Of a stretch of DNA of 64,000 nt, positions 9,013 to 18,647 are shown piece by piece. Source of the stretch: Vulcanimicrobiota bacterium. Its GTDB lineage: Bacteria > Vulcanimicrobiota > Vulcanimicrobiia > Vulcanimicrobiales > Vulcanimicrobiaceae. A model generated the notes under the pieces. That model was not told the DNA's origin, made no database searches, and saw nothing but the letters and a program-made list of their open reading frames with translations. Position 1 is the first letter of the stretch, and each line of letters opens with the position of its first letter. The stretch lies in the NCBI GenBank assembly GCA_963777315.1, contig CAVZQC010000002.1, positions 224,001 to 288,000 on the forward strand. Reading direction: 5' to 3'. The position numbers were made by a program, and so were the translations under genes.

Positions 9013-10379
9013 ACCGGAGCGCTCTCACGCACGTCGCGCGCGAGATTGGCGGCCACGCACGTTATATCTCCGGCGCCCAGCATCAGGACGAGCGCGTTGG
9101 CGGGCGCCCGGCGCGGAAGAACCGCGCGCAGATCCTCGACGCGCGAAACGTACTCCACGCGCGTTCCCATTCGCTCGAGCGGTTCACCGATGCTGCGTTC
9201 GCTCACGCTTTCGATCGGCGCTTCGCTCGCGGCGTAGATTGGCGCCAGATACACGCAATCGGCCGCGCTCAACGCGCGCGCGAACCCCTGCGCGAGATAC
9301 GCCGTACGCGTATAGCGGTGGGGCTGAAACCCGACGACGATCGGACCCTTGTGATATTGCTTGGCGGCAACGATCGTGGCTCTGATCGCGGTAGGATGGT
9401 GCGCATAGTCGTCCACGACGATCATGCGCGGGGTCTTTGCCAGAATTTCGAATCTGCGGCGCACCCCGCGAAACCGCTCGAGTGCCTGGGCGACTGTCGA
9501 AAACGGTACGCCGAGCGTGCGCGCCACGCAAATTGCCGCGAGCGCGTTTTCGATGTTGATCGCTCCGGGCACGTTCAGATGCGCGGTTCCCGCGCGCTGC
9601 CCTTCAACCATGACGTCGAACGACGATCCCAGATCGGCAAAGCGAATGTCTTCGGCGCGCACGCCGGCGTCGCACGCGATGCCGAACGTGACGGTGGGCG
9701 CGCGGCGCTTCGACCCCGCAATCGATCCGCTCTGCGGGTTGTCGACTCCAACGATGGCCGCGCCGTCCTCGGGCAGCTTGGCCAAAAATCGATCGAACGA
9801 GCTCACGAGCTTCGGCAGCTCGGTATCAGACGACAAATGATCGTTCTCGATATTCGTGACCACGCCGATCGCCGGATCGAGCAGCGCGAAGGATCCGTCC
9901 GACTCGTCCGCCTCGCTCAAAAACCACGGCGCGCTGCCGTCACTGGCGTTCGTGCCGGTTGCCACGTCGATGCCGCCCAGCACCAAACCGGCGTCGATGC
10001 CCGCGCCCCGCAAAATCGTAGCGGTCATGGCGGTAGTCGTGGTCTTGCCGTGCGTACCGCACACCGCGATGCCGCGCCGTCCTTCCATGACGCGCCGCAG
10101 CATCTCTCCGCGCGCCACGATTGGAATGCCACGCTGCGCCGCTCGGATGCATTCCGGGTTGTGCGGATCGATTGCCGAGCTGACCACGACTGCGGCCGCG
10201 CCGTTGACGTTGCTTTCGTCGTGCCCGATTGCAATGGTCATGCCCAGCGCGCGCAGCTCCTCGACGAGCGCGGACTCGCTCACGTCCGAGCCGGTGATTC
10301 GCTCTCCGCGGGCCAGCAGCACGCGCGCGATCGCGCTCATGCCGATTCCTCCGATGCCCACGAAGTGAAAGGATCTCAT
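9009..10379 (-). CDS. murC: UDP-N-acetylmuramate--L-alanine ligase
   Basis: HFVGIGGIGMSAIA, GTHGKTTTT, EADESDGSF, DDYAHHPT, FQPHRYTR. ATG at 10379 overlaps the murG stop. Confidence 0.95.
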   Translation of the reverse strand: MRSFHFVGIGGIGMSAIARVLLARGERITGSDVSESALVEELRALGMTIAIGHDESNVNGAAAVVVSSAIDPHNPECIRAAQRGIPIVARGEMLRRVMEGRRGIAVCGTHGKTTTTAMTATILRGAGIDAGLVLGGIDVATGTNASDGSAPWFLSEADESDGSFALLDPAIGVVTNIENDHLSSDTELPKLVSSFDRFLAKLPEDGAAIVGVDNPQSGSIAGSKRRAPTVTFGIACDAGVRAEDIRFADLGSSFDVMVEGQRAGTAHLNVPGAINIENALAAICVARTLGVPFSTVAQALERFRGVRRRFEILAKTPRMIVVDDYAHHPTAIRATIVAAKQYHKGPIVVGFQPHRYTRTAYLAQGFARALSAADCVYLAPIYAASEAPIESVSERSIGEPLERMGTRVEYVSRVEDLRAVLPRRAPANALVLMLGAGDITCVAANLARDVRESAPV

Positions 10380-11491
10380 GTTTTGACGGCCTTTCGCGAC
10401 ACGAGCGCGTCTATCCGCGCGACGATTGTCGCGACGGGATCGCCCGGTGCAAGCGAGCGGGCAGCGCTGCTCATCGCGCTCAGGCGCTCGGGCTGCATGA
10501 TTGCCCGCAGCGACCACCACAGCGCATCGCCGTCGAGGTCGCGATCTTCGATGACCGCGCACGCTCCGGCGGTCTCGAACGCTCGCGCGTTGTGCGCCTG
10601 ATGATCGTCTGAAGCGAACGGATAGGGCACCAGAATCGAGGGGACGCCCAATGCGGCCAGCTCTCCTAGAGTCGAGGCTCCGGAACGCGCGATCGCCACG
10701 TCGGCAAGCGCGTACGCGTCGGCCATGTCGTGCACGTACGGCACCAACGTCACGCGGTTGCCGCCGAACGGCTCGCGCTCTTGCGCACGCACTTGCGCGT
10801 AATTGCGTTCGCCGCTCACGTGCAGGATCTGCCAGTCCGACGGGAGAGCGCGCCGCGACACCAAGGCTGAAACCGCAGCATTGATCGAACGCGCGCCTTG
10901 GCTGCCGCCCATCGCCAGGATCGTGCGGCGGCTAGGGTCCAGGCCTAAGCGCAGCGCCGCTTGCGTTCGTTCGGCCGGACGAAACAGCGATGAGCGCACC
11001 GGAATTCCCGTTTTGACGAACTTGCTCGCAAAGCGGGAATCGGGCGCGTCGAAAGCGCCCCACACTTCGTCGACGAGCGGCGCCAAAAGGCGGTTGGTCA
11101 AACCGGGACGCGCGTTGGGTTCGAGCAGCGCGAGAGCCGGACGCTTCGCGCGACCCCGCAGCAGCTTGGCAGCAGCCATGACCGGAAAACACACGTATCC
11201 GCCGGTTGCCACGACGGCGTCGGCAGAAAATCCACGCAGCAAGCGCATCGCCTGCGCGATGCCCAAGGCATTGGCGCCTATCGTTTGCAGCGCCGCGGGC
11301 GACAAGGTGCGCCGCAGCGAACGCGCCGAGATCGTTTCGAGCTCGTATCCGGCCGCCGGCACGATCGCCGTTTCCAAGCGATCCACCGTGCCGACAAAGC
11401 GGATCCGCGCACGCGGGGCGAGCGCGTCCGCCAGCGCGATTGCCGGATAGAGATGTCCCCCCGTCCCTCCTGCGGCAAAGAGCACGTTCAT
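10376..11491 (-). CDS. murG: Undecaprenyl-PP-MurNAc-pentapeptide GlcNAc transferase
   Basis: GGTGGHLYP, TGGYV, GIPVR, GGSQGA, RSGASTLGE, HQAHNA. Confidence 0.95.
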   Translation of the reverse strand: MNVLFAAGGTGGHLYPAIALADALAPRARIRFVGTVDRLETAIVPAAGYELETISARSLRRTLSPAALQTIGANALGIAQAMRLLRGFSADAVVATGGYVCFPVMAAAKLLRGRAKRPALALLEPNARPGLTNRLLAPLVDEVWGAFDAPDSRFASKFVKTGIPVRSSLFRPAERTQAALRLGLDPSRRTILAMGGSQGARSINAAVSALVSRRALPSDWQILHVSGERNYAQVRAQEREPFGGNRVTLVPYVHDMADAYALADVAIARSGASTLGELAALGVPSILVPYPFASDDHQAHNARAFETAGACAVIEDRDLDGDALWWSLRAIMQPERLSAMSSAARSLAPGDPVATIVARIDALVSRKAVKT

Positions 11492-11525
11492 GCAATCTAG
11501 CGTCCTGAGTCGGAAGTTGAGGACA

Positions 11526-12692
11526 CTAGGACAAATCGATGCGGCGGTGGCGGCCGACATTCATGATCAGCGCGACGGCGATGAGCGAAACGATCAGCGA
11601 GCTGCCTCCGAAGGAAATGAACGGCAGCGGCACGCCCGTTACGGGCCACGACGACGACACCACGCCGATATTGACGAACGCCTGAATGACGATCGTCGCC
11701 GCGCAGCCGATCGCGAGAAAGAATCCGAACCGGTCGGGCGACGCGACGGCAATGCGAACCGCGCGATAGGCAAACGCAACGAACAGCACGATCACGGTCA
11801 GCGTGCCCAGCAAACCGAGCTCTTCGCCCAGCACCGAGAAGATGAAGTCGGTGTACTGTTCGGGCAGATAAAAAAACTTCGCGCGCGATTCTCCCAGGCC
11901 GACGCCCAAAAGGCCGCCGCTTCCCAGCGCGAGCAGCGACTGCACGATGTGGAAGCCCGTGTTTTGCGGGTCTTTCCAGGGATCGACGAACGCAAAGATG
12001 CGCGCGCGCTTATACGGGCTGGCCAAAACGGTCAGCACGGCGGGCGGCACGGTGACCATCGCGATCAGAAGCAGATGCTCGATGCGGGCGCCTGCGGCGA
12101 ACAGCAGCACGAACGCGGTAAAGACCACCAAGGTCGCGGTCCCCATGTCCGGTTCCACCAGCACCAGCAGCGCCACGAACAGCACCAGCATGCACAGCGG
12201 AAACAACCCTCGCCCCAGCGACGTGATGCGATCGCCTCGCACCGACAGCACGGCGGACAGGTACACCACCAAGGCCAGTTTGGCGAACTCCGAAGGCTGC
12301 AGCGAAAGCATGCCGGCGCCGATCCAGCGCCGAGCGCCGTTCACCGCCACTCCGACGTGCGGGATCAGCACCGCCACCAATGCAAGGATGCATGCCAGCA
12401 GCGCATACGGTGCAACGGCTTTGAGCTTGCGGTAATCGATGCGATAGGCCATGTAAGCGAGCACCAAGCCGACGACCAAAAAAATCGTTTGATGCTTGAC
12501 GTAATAGGCGGTATCGCGATGGTCCGCATAAGCTTGCGCGCTCGATGCGCTAAAGATCATCACCAGGCCAATCGCGACCAAGATCGCCACCGCGGCAAAA
12601 AGTATGGTGTCCGGCGGCGCTGAAACGAAAGCGCGCGCTGCCTGAGCACGCGCGGGCTTGGGTTTTGACGCGAGCTGTGCGGCGGCTTTCAT
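11526..12692 (-). CDS. ftsW: SEDS peptidoglycan polymerase FtsW
   Basis: Multi-TM protein with NGARRWI, QPSEFAK, EPDMGT, LPEQYTDFIF, TGVPLPFISFGGSS, in dcw context. Confidence 0.93.
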   Translation of the reverse strand: MKAAAQLASKPKPARAQAARAFVSAPPDTILFAAVAILVAIGLVMIFSASSAQAYADHRDTAYYVKHQTIFLVVGLVLAYMAYRIDYRKLKAVAPYALLACILALVAVLIPHVGVAVNGARRWIGAGMLSLQPSEFAKLALVVYLSAVLSVRGDRITSLGRGLFPLCMLVLFVALLVLVEPDMGTATLVVFTAFVLLFAAGARIEHLLLIAMVTVPPAVLTVLASPYKRARIFAFVDPWKDPQNTGFHIVQSLLALGSGGLLGVGLGESRAKFFYLPEQYTDFIFSVLGEELGLLGTLTVIVLFVAFAYRAVRIAVASPDRFGFFLAIGCAATIVIQAFVNIGVVSSSWPVTGVPLPFISFGGSSLIVSLIAVALIMNVGRHRRIDLS

Positions 12693-14141
12693 CTACGCCG
12701 TCGTCCTGACCTTATCGGAAGGAGGCGCCCCCAGCGCGTTTACCGCCGCCGCGAATTTTGTGCCGCGGTCCTCGGCCGATTCGAACATGTCGAACGAGGC
12801 GCACGCCGGCGAAAGCAGCACGATCGATCCGGGCTTGGCCAGACACGCGGCGCGCCGCACTGCATCCTCCATCGAACCGGCGCGCTCGATCGGCGTGCGG
12901 TACACGTGCGCGGCCAAATCGTCCGCGGCTTGGCCGATTGTCACCAGCGCCTGCGCGCGCTGATCGATCGCGCGGCCCAGCTCGGTAAAATCGGTATTCT
13001 TGGCTTTGCCGCCCGCAATGAGCACGACGGGTTGCGCGTAAGCCGCCAGAGCGGCGATTGCGGAGCCGGGATTGGTGGACTTGGAATCGTCGACGTACAG
13101 TACGCCGTCCACCGTTCGCACCGGCTGCAGGCGGTGCGCCATGGCGGTAAAGCTCGCGACGGCCGCGCGAAGGCCGCGGTGATCGATGCCGGCGCCCAAG
13201 CTCGCGAGCATTGCAGCCATCACGTTGTGCACGTTGTGCCGACCGGCCAGCGGAATATCGCCGGTGCGCAGCAACTCCACGGGCCGCGGATCCCCCGTGA
13301 GCGGCGCGTACACGATCGTGTCGCCCTGCAGATACATCGATGCGTGCTCGTGCCTGGGACCCAGCGTATACCACAGTTGGCGCGCGTGAACGCGCGTTTC
13401 TCCGGTATGCCAGTGCAGCTCGCGCAGTCGCGGGTCATCGAAATTGCCCACGAACACGTCGGATTCGCTTTGATTGGCGAAAATCCGGTATTTGGCTTCG
13501 GCATACTCGTCCATCGAGTAATACCGGTCGAGATGATCCGGCGAGATGTTGAGAATGACTGCGACGCGAGGCCGGAACGCTCGAATCGCTTCCAGTTGAA
13601 AGGACGACACTTCGGCGACGACCCAATCTTGCGGCCGGGCTTGAATCGCTTCGCGAATGAGCGGGTTGCCGATGTTGCCTCCGACGTGCACCGTGCACGC
13701 ATCGCCCGGTGCGCCGCACTGCCGCAGCAGATGCCCGATCAGCGCCGTCGTCGTGGATTTGCCTTTGGTTCCGGTAACGGCGACAATCGGCGCTCGGCAT
13801 AAACGATAGGCGACCTCGATTTCGCTGTACACCGGAACGTTCGCATCCTGCACGCGGCGCACGAAGCCGCCGTTGAGCGGAACGCCCGGAGAAAGCACGG
13901 CTATCGTTATGCCCGGCAGCACGCTCTCGAGCTGGTCGGGCTCGACGAACGTCGCGCCGAACTCTTGCGCGCGCGCGAGCGCCTGCGCGAGCTGCTCGCG
14001 CGGTTTTTCGTCCACGGCGTACACGCGCGCGCCGCGCGCGCGCAGAATCTCCACGGTCGCCTGGCCGCTGCGGCCCAGCCCGATGACAAGCACCGTTTCG
14101 CCGGCCGAAAAAGAATGGTTTGCGCTGCCGTGCAGATTCAT
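12693..14141 (-). CDS. murD: UDP-MurNAc-L-Ala--D-glutamate ligase
   Basis: VIGLGRSG, SPGVP, TGTKGKSTTT, GGNIG, EVSSFQL, PDHLDRY, DDSKSTN, LLSPACASFD. Confidence 0.95.
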   Translation of the reverse strand: MNLHGSANHSFSAGETVLVIGLGRSGQATVEILRARGARVYAVDEKPREQLAQALARAQEFGATFVEPDQLESVLPGITIAVLSPGVPLNGGFVRRVQDANVPVYSEIEVAYRLCRAPIVAVTGTKGKSTTTALIGHLLRQCGAPGDACTVHVGGNIGNPLIREAIQARPQDWVVAEVSSFQLEAIRAFRPRVAVILNISPDHLDRYYSMDEYAEAKYRIFANQSESDVFVGNFDDPRLRELHWHTGETRVHARQLWYTLGPRHEHASMYLQGDTIVYAPLTGDPRPVELLRTGDIPLAGRHNVHNVMAAMLASLGAGIDHRGLRAAVASFTAMAHRLQPVRTVDGVLYVDDSKSTNPGSAIAALAAYAQPVVLIAGGKAKNTDFTELGRAIDQRAQALVTIGQAADDLAAHVYRTPIERAGSMEDAVRRAACLAKPGSIVLLSPACASFDMFESAEDRGTKFAAAVNALGAPPSDKVRTTA

Positions 14142-15106
14142 CGCACTATCGCCAGCCCCACGCCCGAGAGCACGGCGGACGCGAGCCAAAACCGTGCCGT
14201 TACTTTGGTTTCCGGCCAGCCGCCCAATTCGAAATGGTGATGCAGCGGGCTCATACGCAGCACGCGCTTGCCGTGCGTGCTCTTGAAGTAGGCAACTTGC
14301 ACGATCACCGACAACGCCTCGGCAACGAACACGCCGCCGATCAGGATGAGCAGCAGCATTTCACCGCTCAAAATTGCAAGCCCGGACAGCAGTGCGCCCA
14401 GCGCCAGCGACCCCGTGTCGCCCATGAACATCCGCGCCGGATACCGGTTGTAACTCAGAAAGCCGAAGCATCCGCCGATGCCCAAGACCGCAACGACCGG
14501 CCAAGTCGTCGCCGCAATTGCGCCCATGTCGAGCGCGACGATCAGCAAGACGATCAGCGGCGGAATCACCGTTCCCGTCACCAGACCGTCCAAGCCGTCC
14601 GTGAGGTTGACCGCGTGAACGCAGCCGGTAACGGCGAAAATTCCCAGCAGCAGCCAGAGCCAGTGGGGGACCGTAAGCGCGTACGCACCGGCGTGAAAGA
14701 TCGTATCGCGCGGGAAGATCGATGCCGAAGCCGTGATGAGGCGCAGAAAGATCACCGCCGCAAGCGCAGTCAGCAGGTATTTGGTGCTGGCGCGCAGCCC
14801 GGTGTTTCTTCCACGTTTGATCCCCAAGGCATCGTCGGCAAAGCCGATCGCCGCGCACGCGAAGACGAGCGCGAGCAGCCAGAGCGTGAGCGCGTCGAAA
14901 CGGGCAAACGCGGGCAGCAGCGCGGCCAGAATCGCAAGTCCACCCATTGTGGGCGTGCCGGTTTTTTGCCGGTGCGTCTGCGGCGCATCCTCGTAGGCGG
15001 TCTGCCGAACCTGCAGCCGCGGCAGCGTTGCAAGCAGCAGCGCACCGGTCGCAACGGCGATGAAGAATCCGATGAACAGCGTGACGATAACGGATACGGG
15101 CGTCAT
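14138..15106 (-). CDS. mraY: Phospho-MurNAc-pentapeptide transferase
   Basis: KTGTPTMGG, GFADD, AVNLTDGLDGL, MFMGDTGSLALG, MSPLHHHFEL. Confidence 0.95.
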   Translation of the reverse strand: MTPVSVIVTLFIGFFIAVATGALLLATLPRLQVRQTAYEDAPQTHRQKTGTPTMGGLAILAALLPAFARFDALTLWLLALVFACAAIGFADDALGIKRGRNTGLRASTKYLLTALAAVIFLRLITASASIFPRDTIFHAGAYALTVPHWLWLLLGIFAVTGCVHAVNLTDGLDGLVTGTVIPPLIVLLIVALDMGAIAATTWPVVAVLGIGGCFGFLSYNRYPARMFMGDTGSLALGALLSGLAILSGEMLLLILIGGVFVAEALSVIVQVAYFKSTHGKRVLRMSPLHHHFELGGWPETKVTARFWLASAVLSGVGLAIVR

Positions 15107-15807
15107 GCAGCGCCTTGCTCGAACAGCGGGTTCGACGCGTCGGCCCGCCATTTGAGCACGACGATGGGCGTCTGTTCGTCGCCGTTGCCGTGCGGGTTGG
15201 AAAGCAGCGCGCACTCGACGGCGCGGCGATTCACGCCGCGGGAGGCGCCCAGCACTTTGGCTTTTTCCAAATCGTTTGCATCGACCACGCACGCCGCGAT
15301 CCCTGTACGATCGCAGAGGACCTGCGCAAACGCGCCGGGATCTTGCGGCGCGAAAACGATCGTGCGCTCAAATGGCGGCAAGGTGCCGGTATAACCATCG
15401 ATTGCGGCGATCGATTCCCCCATGATCTCGTAAAAAACGCCGCGTTTGCCCAGCGCCCGCCCGGCGACGTGCGCGATCGACGCATACAGCACTTTGGCGG
15501 CGCCCGCACGATCGATCACGATCTGCAGCGACTCGGGTTGGTTGACGGTAGCCAGCGCGCCGGCGCGGCGCGAAAGAAAATACGCCATCGGCGAAGGGCG
15601 CACGTATTCGGCCGGCACCGATTGGCCCTGCGCTATCGCAACGGCCGTTTCCGAAATCGCCAGCACGTCGCCGGAGCGCGCAATACCTGCAGTCGCGCGC
15701 GCAACCAGCTCGACGAGATCGTCGCCGGGCTGCACGAGCCGCGTACGAACCGGAAGCGCGACGATGCCGGGCGGCACTTCGGTGCGCTCGACGCGCAAAC
15801 TTCTCAT
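15103..15807 (-). CDS. CofE / F420-0:gamma-glutamyl ligase-like protein embedded in the dcw operon
   Basis: LPVRT..VQPGDDL, DVLAISE.AVAIAQG, IDG..G.LPPF, VVDANDL, NPHGNGDEQTPIV resemble the F420_ligase (CofE-like) family. 4-nt ATGA overlaps with both murF and mraY. Confidence 0.72.
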   Translation of the reverse strand: MRSLRVERTEVPPGIVALPVRTRLVQPGDDLVELVARATAGIARSGDVLAISETAVAIAQGQSVPAEYVRPSPMAYFLSRRAGALATVNQPESLQIVIDRAGAAKVLYASIAHVAGRALGKRGVFYEIMGESIAAIDGYTGTLPPFERTIVFAPQDPGAFAQVLCDRTGIAACVVDANDLEKAKVLGASRGVNRRAVECALLSNPHGNGDEQTPIVVLKWRADASNPLFEQGAA

Positions 15808-17180
15808 GCGATCTCACTGGTCTCACGCAGCGCTGAAACGATCTCCTCCATCTTGTACTTGCGCGACCCTTTGAGCAGCACCACATCCGCAGCACGGGCA
15901 TGCCGGCGCAGCCAGCTCGCCGCTTCGGCGTTGCGGGCGTACGTGACGATGCGGTCCTGCGGCAAACCTGCGCAAACCGCTCCCCGCGCGAACGATCCGG
16001 CATACTCGCCGCCCGCGAGCAGAATGTCCACGCCGGTCCGCGCGGCGTGCGCCCCGACTCGCTCGTGCATCGCGGGCGCATCGGTTCCCAGTTCCGCCAT
16101 GCTCGCCAAGACCGCGATGCGCCGCTCGGCGGCTTCGCCGGCAAAAGCGTCCAGCGCCGCGATCATGCCGGTCGCGTTTGCATTGTATGCATCGAAGATC
16201 AGCTGCATGCCTCCGGCCACGGCAACGCGCTCGTAACGCCCAGGGGGCAGCGTGAGAGCCGGCACGGCGCCGATCAAATCTTCGGGTTCGATACCCAACG
16301 CGAGCGCTGCAGCCAGAGCGGCGGCCAGATTCGCCCGATTGTACGATCCGGGGACGCGCACGTCGATCGCAAACTCGCGCGGGGTGCGCCCATAGGTGAG
16401 CATCAGCGTACCCGAGCCACTCAGGAGGACCCCGTGTTCGACCGCTTCGCCGGTGCCGAACCACAGCGGCGGAGCGGAAAGCGACGCCGCGCGCGCGACC
16501 GATTCCGGATCGCCGGCATTGAGAACGGCCTGCGCGCCCTGGGAAAACAATCCCCATTTCGTGCGCGCCAAGCGTTCACGCGATCGGAAGATCTCCAGGT
16601 GCGCTTCGCCGATGTTCGTGAGCACGCCGATATGCGGGCGCGCGATCCGCACGAGCGCGGCAATCTCGCCGTCGTGGCGGGCACCCATTTCGACGACGAG
16701 CACGCGCTGATCCGGTCCCGCGTTCAGCAGCAGCTTGCTCACGCCGATCTCGTTGTTCTCGTTTGCCGGCGAGGCGAGCACGCTATCCACCCCGTACTGC
16801 ACCGCCAGAAGCTGCGCTAAAAAGTGCTTGGTCGTCGTTTTGCCCGTGCTGCCCGTGATCCCGACGACCGAACCTTCGTACGCGTCGCGTGCGGCGGCCG
16901 CCAGCTCCATGTAGGCGCGTTTCGTGTCGGCGACCAGCAGAGCCGGAACGCCTTCCAGCGCGGCGCGCGCGTCGTCGATGACGATGGCTGCCGCGCCTTT
17001 GTCCACGGCGTCGCGCACGTAGTCGTGTCCGTCGAAGCGCTCGCCGCGCAGGGCCAAAAACGTATCGCCTGCTGCAATCTCGCGCGTGTCGGTGGTAACG
17101 TGCAATTGCGAGGGGAACCGGTGCGCGCTCAGCAGTCGGCCCGCCGTCGCGCGGACGGCCGTCTCAAGCGCGAGGCTCAT
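15804..17180 (-). CDS. murF: UDP-MurNAc-tripeptide--D-Ala-D-Ala ligase
   Basis: FLALRGERFDGHDY, GITGSTGKTTTK, NENNEIG, EMGA, DAYNAN, LLKGSR. Confidence 0.95.
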   Translation of the reverse strand: MSLALETAVRATAGRLLSAHRFPSQLHVTTDTREIAAGDTFLALRGERFDGHDYVRDAVDKGAAAIVIDDARAALEGVPALLVADTKRAYMELAAAARDAYEGSVVGITGSTGKTTTKHFLAQLLAVQYGVDSVLASPANENNEIGVSKLLLNAGPDQRVLVVEMGARHDGEIAALVRIARPHIGVLTNIGEAHLEIFRSRERLARTKWGLFSQGAQAVLNAGDPESVARAASLSAPPLWFGTGEAVEHGVLLSGSGTLMLTYGRTPREFAIDVRVPGSYNRANLAAALAAALALGIEPEDLIGAVPALTLPPGRYERVAVAGGMQLIFDAYNANATGMIAALDAFAGEAAERRIAVLASMAELGTDAPAMHERVGAHAARTGVDILLAGGEYAGSFARGAVCAGLPQDRIVTYARNAEAASWLRRHARAADVVLLKGSRKYKMEEIVSALRETSEIA

Positions 17181-18643
17181 CGACGGGCCGCCTGCCGTTG
17201 CGCGAGCGCTTGGCGCGCTTGCGCCAGATCGTCGAACGGCAGAACCTCGCCGCTCACGATTTGATAGTTTTCGTGACCCTTGCCCGCGATCAGCACGACG
17301 TCGCCCTCCCGGGCCGCGTCGATCGCCGCTTCGATTGCCTCGCGGCGATCGACGCGCACCGCGTGCGGCGCGTTACCTATTCCGGGAAGAATCTGATCGA
17401 TGATGCTCTGCGGATCTTCGCCGCGAGGATTGTCCGACGTCACGTAACTGAAGTCCGCATAGCGCGCCGCAGCGGAACCCATCTGCGGGCGTTTGCCCGA
17501 ATCACGATCTCCGCCGCAGCCGAATACGGCAATCAGCCGGCGCGCCGCCGTTTCGCGAAGCGTGCGCAGCGCGTTTTCGAGCGCATCGGGCGTGTGCGCG
17601 TAATCGACGACCACGTCGATGCCGTCTGCACGCACGTGTTCCATTCTTCCGGGGATGCGCTCCAGGTCCGCAAGTCCTTCAGCGGCGAGTTCGTCGCTCA
17701 CCCCGAGCGTTTTTGCCGCGCCGATCGCGCACAGCGCATTGGCGACGTTGAACCTGCCGGGGATCCGAACTTCGAAGCGGCGTCCTTGCAAGTAAAAGAT
17801 GCTTGCGTCCGGCCGCAGGTCGATGCTTTCCGGCCGCAGGTCGGCCTGCGCTCGCAGCGCGTACGTCGTGACTGGCTTGTGCGCGCGCAACTGCAGCGCC
17901 CATCGGTTGCCCAACTCGTCGTCGGCGTTGAACACGCAGCACTGCGCGAGATCGAACAGTTTACGCTTTGCCGACGCATACGATTCAAAACGCTTGTGGA
18001 AATCCAAATGGTCGCGCGTCACGTTCGTGAGCGCGCCCACGCGTATGCGCACGTCGGAAACCCGCTGCAGCGCAAGCGCGTGCGAGCTCACCTCCATTGC
18101 CGCGGCCCGGGCGCCGGAATCACGCATTTGCGCGAGCAGATCCTGCAGCTGCGGGGCAGGCGGCGTCGTATTCTCGAGCGGCCAGGTTTGCCGGTCGAAG
18201 GCGGCGCCGATCGTGCCGATGAGTCCGCACGGCATGCCCGCCGCGTTCAGGATTGCCGCAATCATGTGCGTTGCCGTCGTTTTGCCGTTCGTTCCCGTAA
18301 CGCCGGCAACGGCGATGTCGTCGGAGGGCCTGCCGTAGAACGCGGCGGCGAGTTGCGAAAGCGCGCGCGCGGAATCGCGCACGACGATCGACGTTACCGC
18401 CGGCGGCACTTCGCACGGCTCTTCGGTCACCACCGCAGTTGCACCGCGCTCGACGGCCTGCGCGACGAACCGGTGGCCGTCGGTCTGCAGGCCGCGCAAT
18501 GCGACGAACATGCTTCCTCGTCCGGCCCGGCGCGAATCCGCGACGACGGCGTGAACCATGCTGCTCGCCGGACCATCCACGCTCAGAACGTCGTCGAGCG
18601 CCTGCAGCAGCAACTCCAATGCGACGCTTCGCCGGCCTTCCAT
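17177..18643 (-). CDS. murE: UDP-MurNAc-dipeptide--meso-diaminopimelate ligase
   Basis: GVTGTNGKTT, TTP, MEVSSHAL, RDHLDFH, DYAHTPDAL, GCGGDRD, SDNPR (meso-DAP specificity motif), AGKGHE. Confidence 0.95.
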   Translation of the reverse strand: MEGRRSVALELLLQALDDVLSVDGPASSMVHAVVADSRRAGRGSMFVALRGLQTDGHRFVAQAVERGATAVVTEEPCEVPPAVTSIVVRDSARALSQLAAAFYGRPSDDIAVAGVTGTNGKTTATHMIAAILNAAGMPCGLIGTIGAAFDRQTWPLENTTPPAPQLQDLLAQMRDSGARAAAMEVSSHALALQRVSDVRIRVGALTNVTRDHLDFHKRFESYASAKRKLFDLAQCCVFNADDELGNRWALQLRAHKPVTTYALRAQADLRPESIDLRPDASIFYLQGRRFEVRIPGRFNVANALCAIGAAKTLGVSDELAAEGLADLERIPGRMEHVRADGIDVVVDYAHTPDALENALRTLRETAARRLIAVFGCGGDRDSGKRPQMGSAAARYADFSYVTSDNPRGEDPQSIIDQILPGIGNAPHAVRVDRREAIEAAIDAAREGDVVLIAGKGHENYQIVSGEVLPFDDLAQARQALAQRQAARR

Positions 18644-18647
18644 ATCG

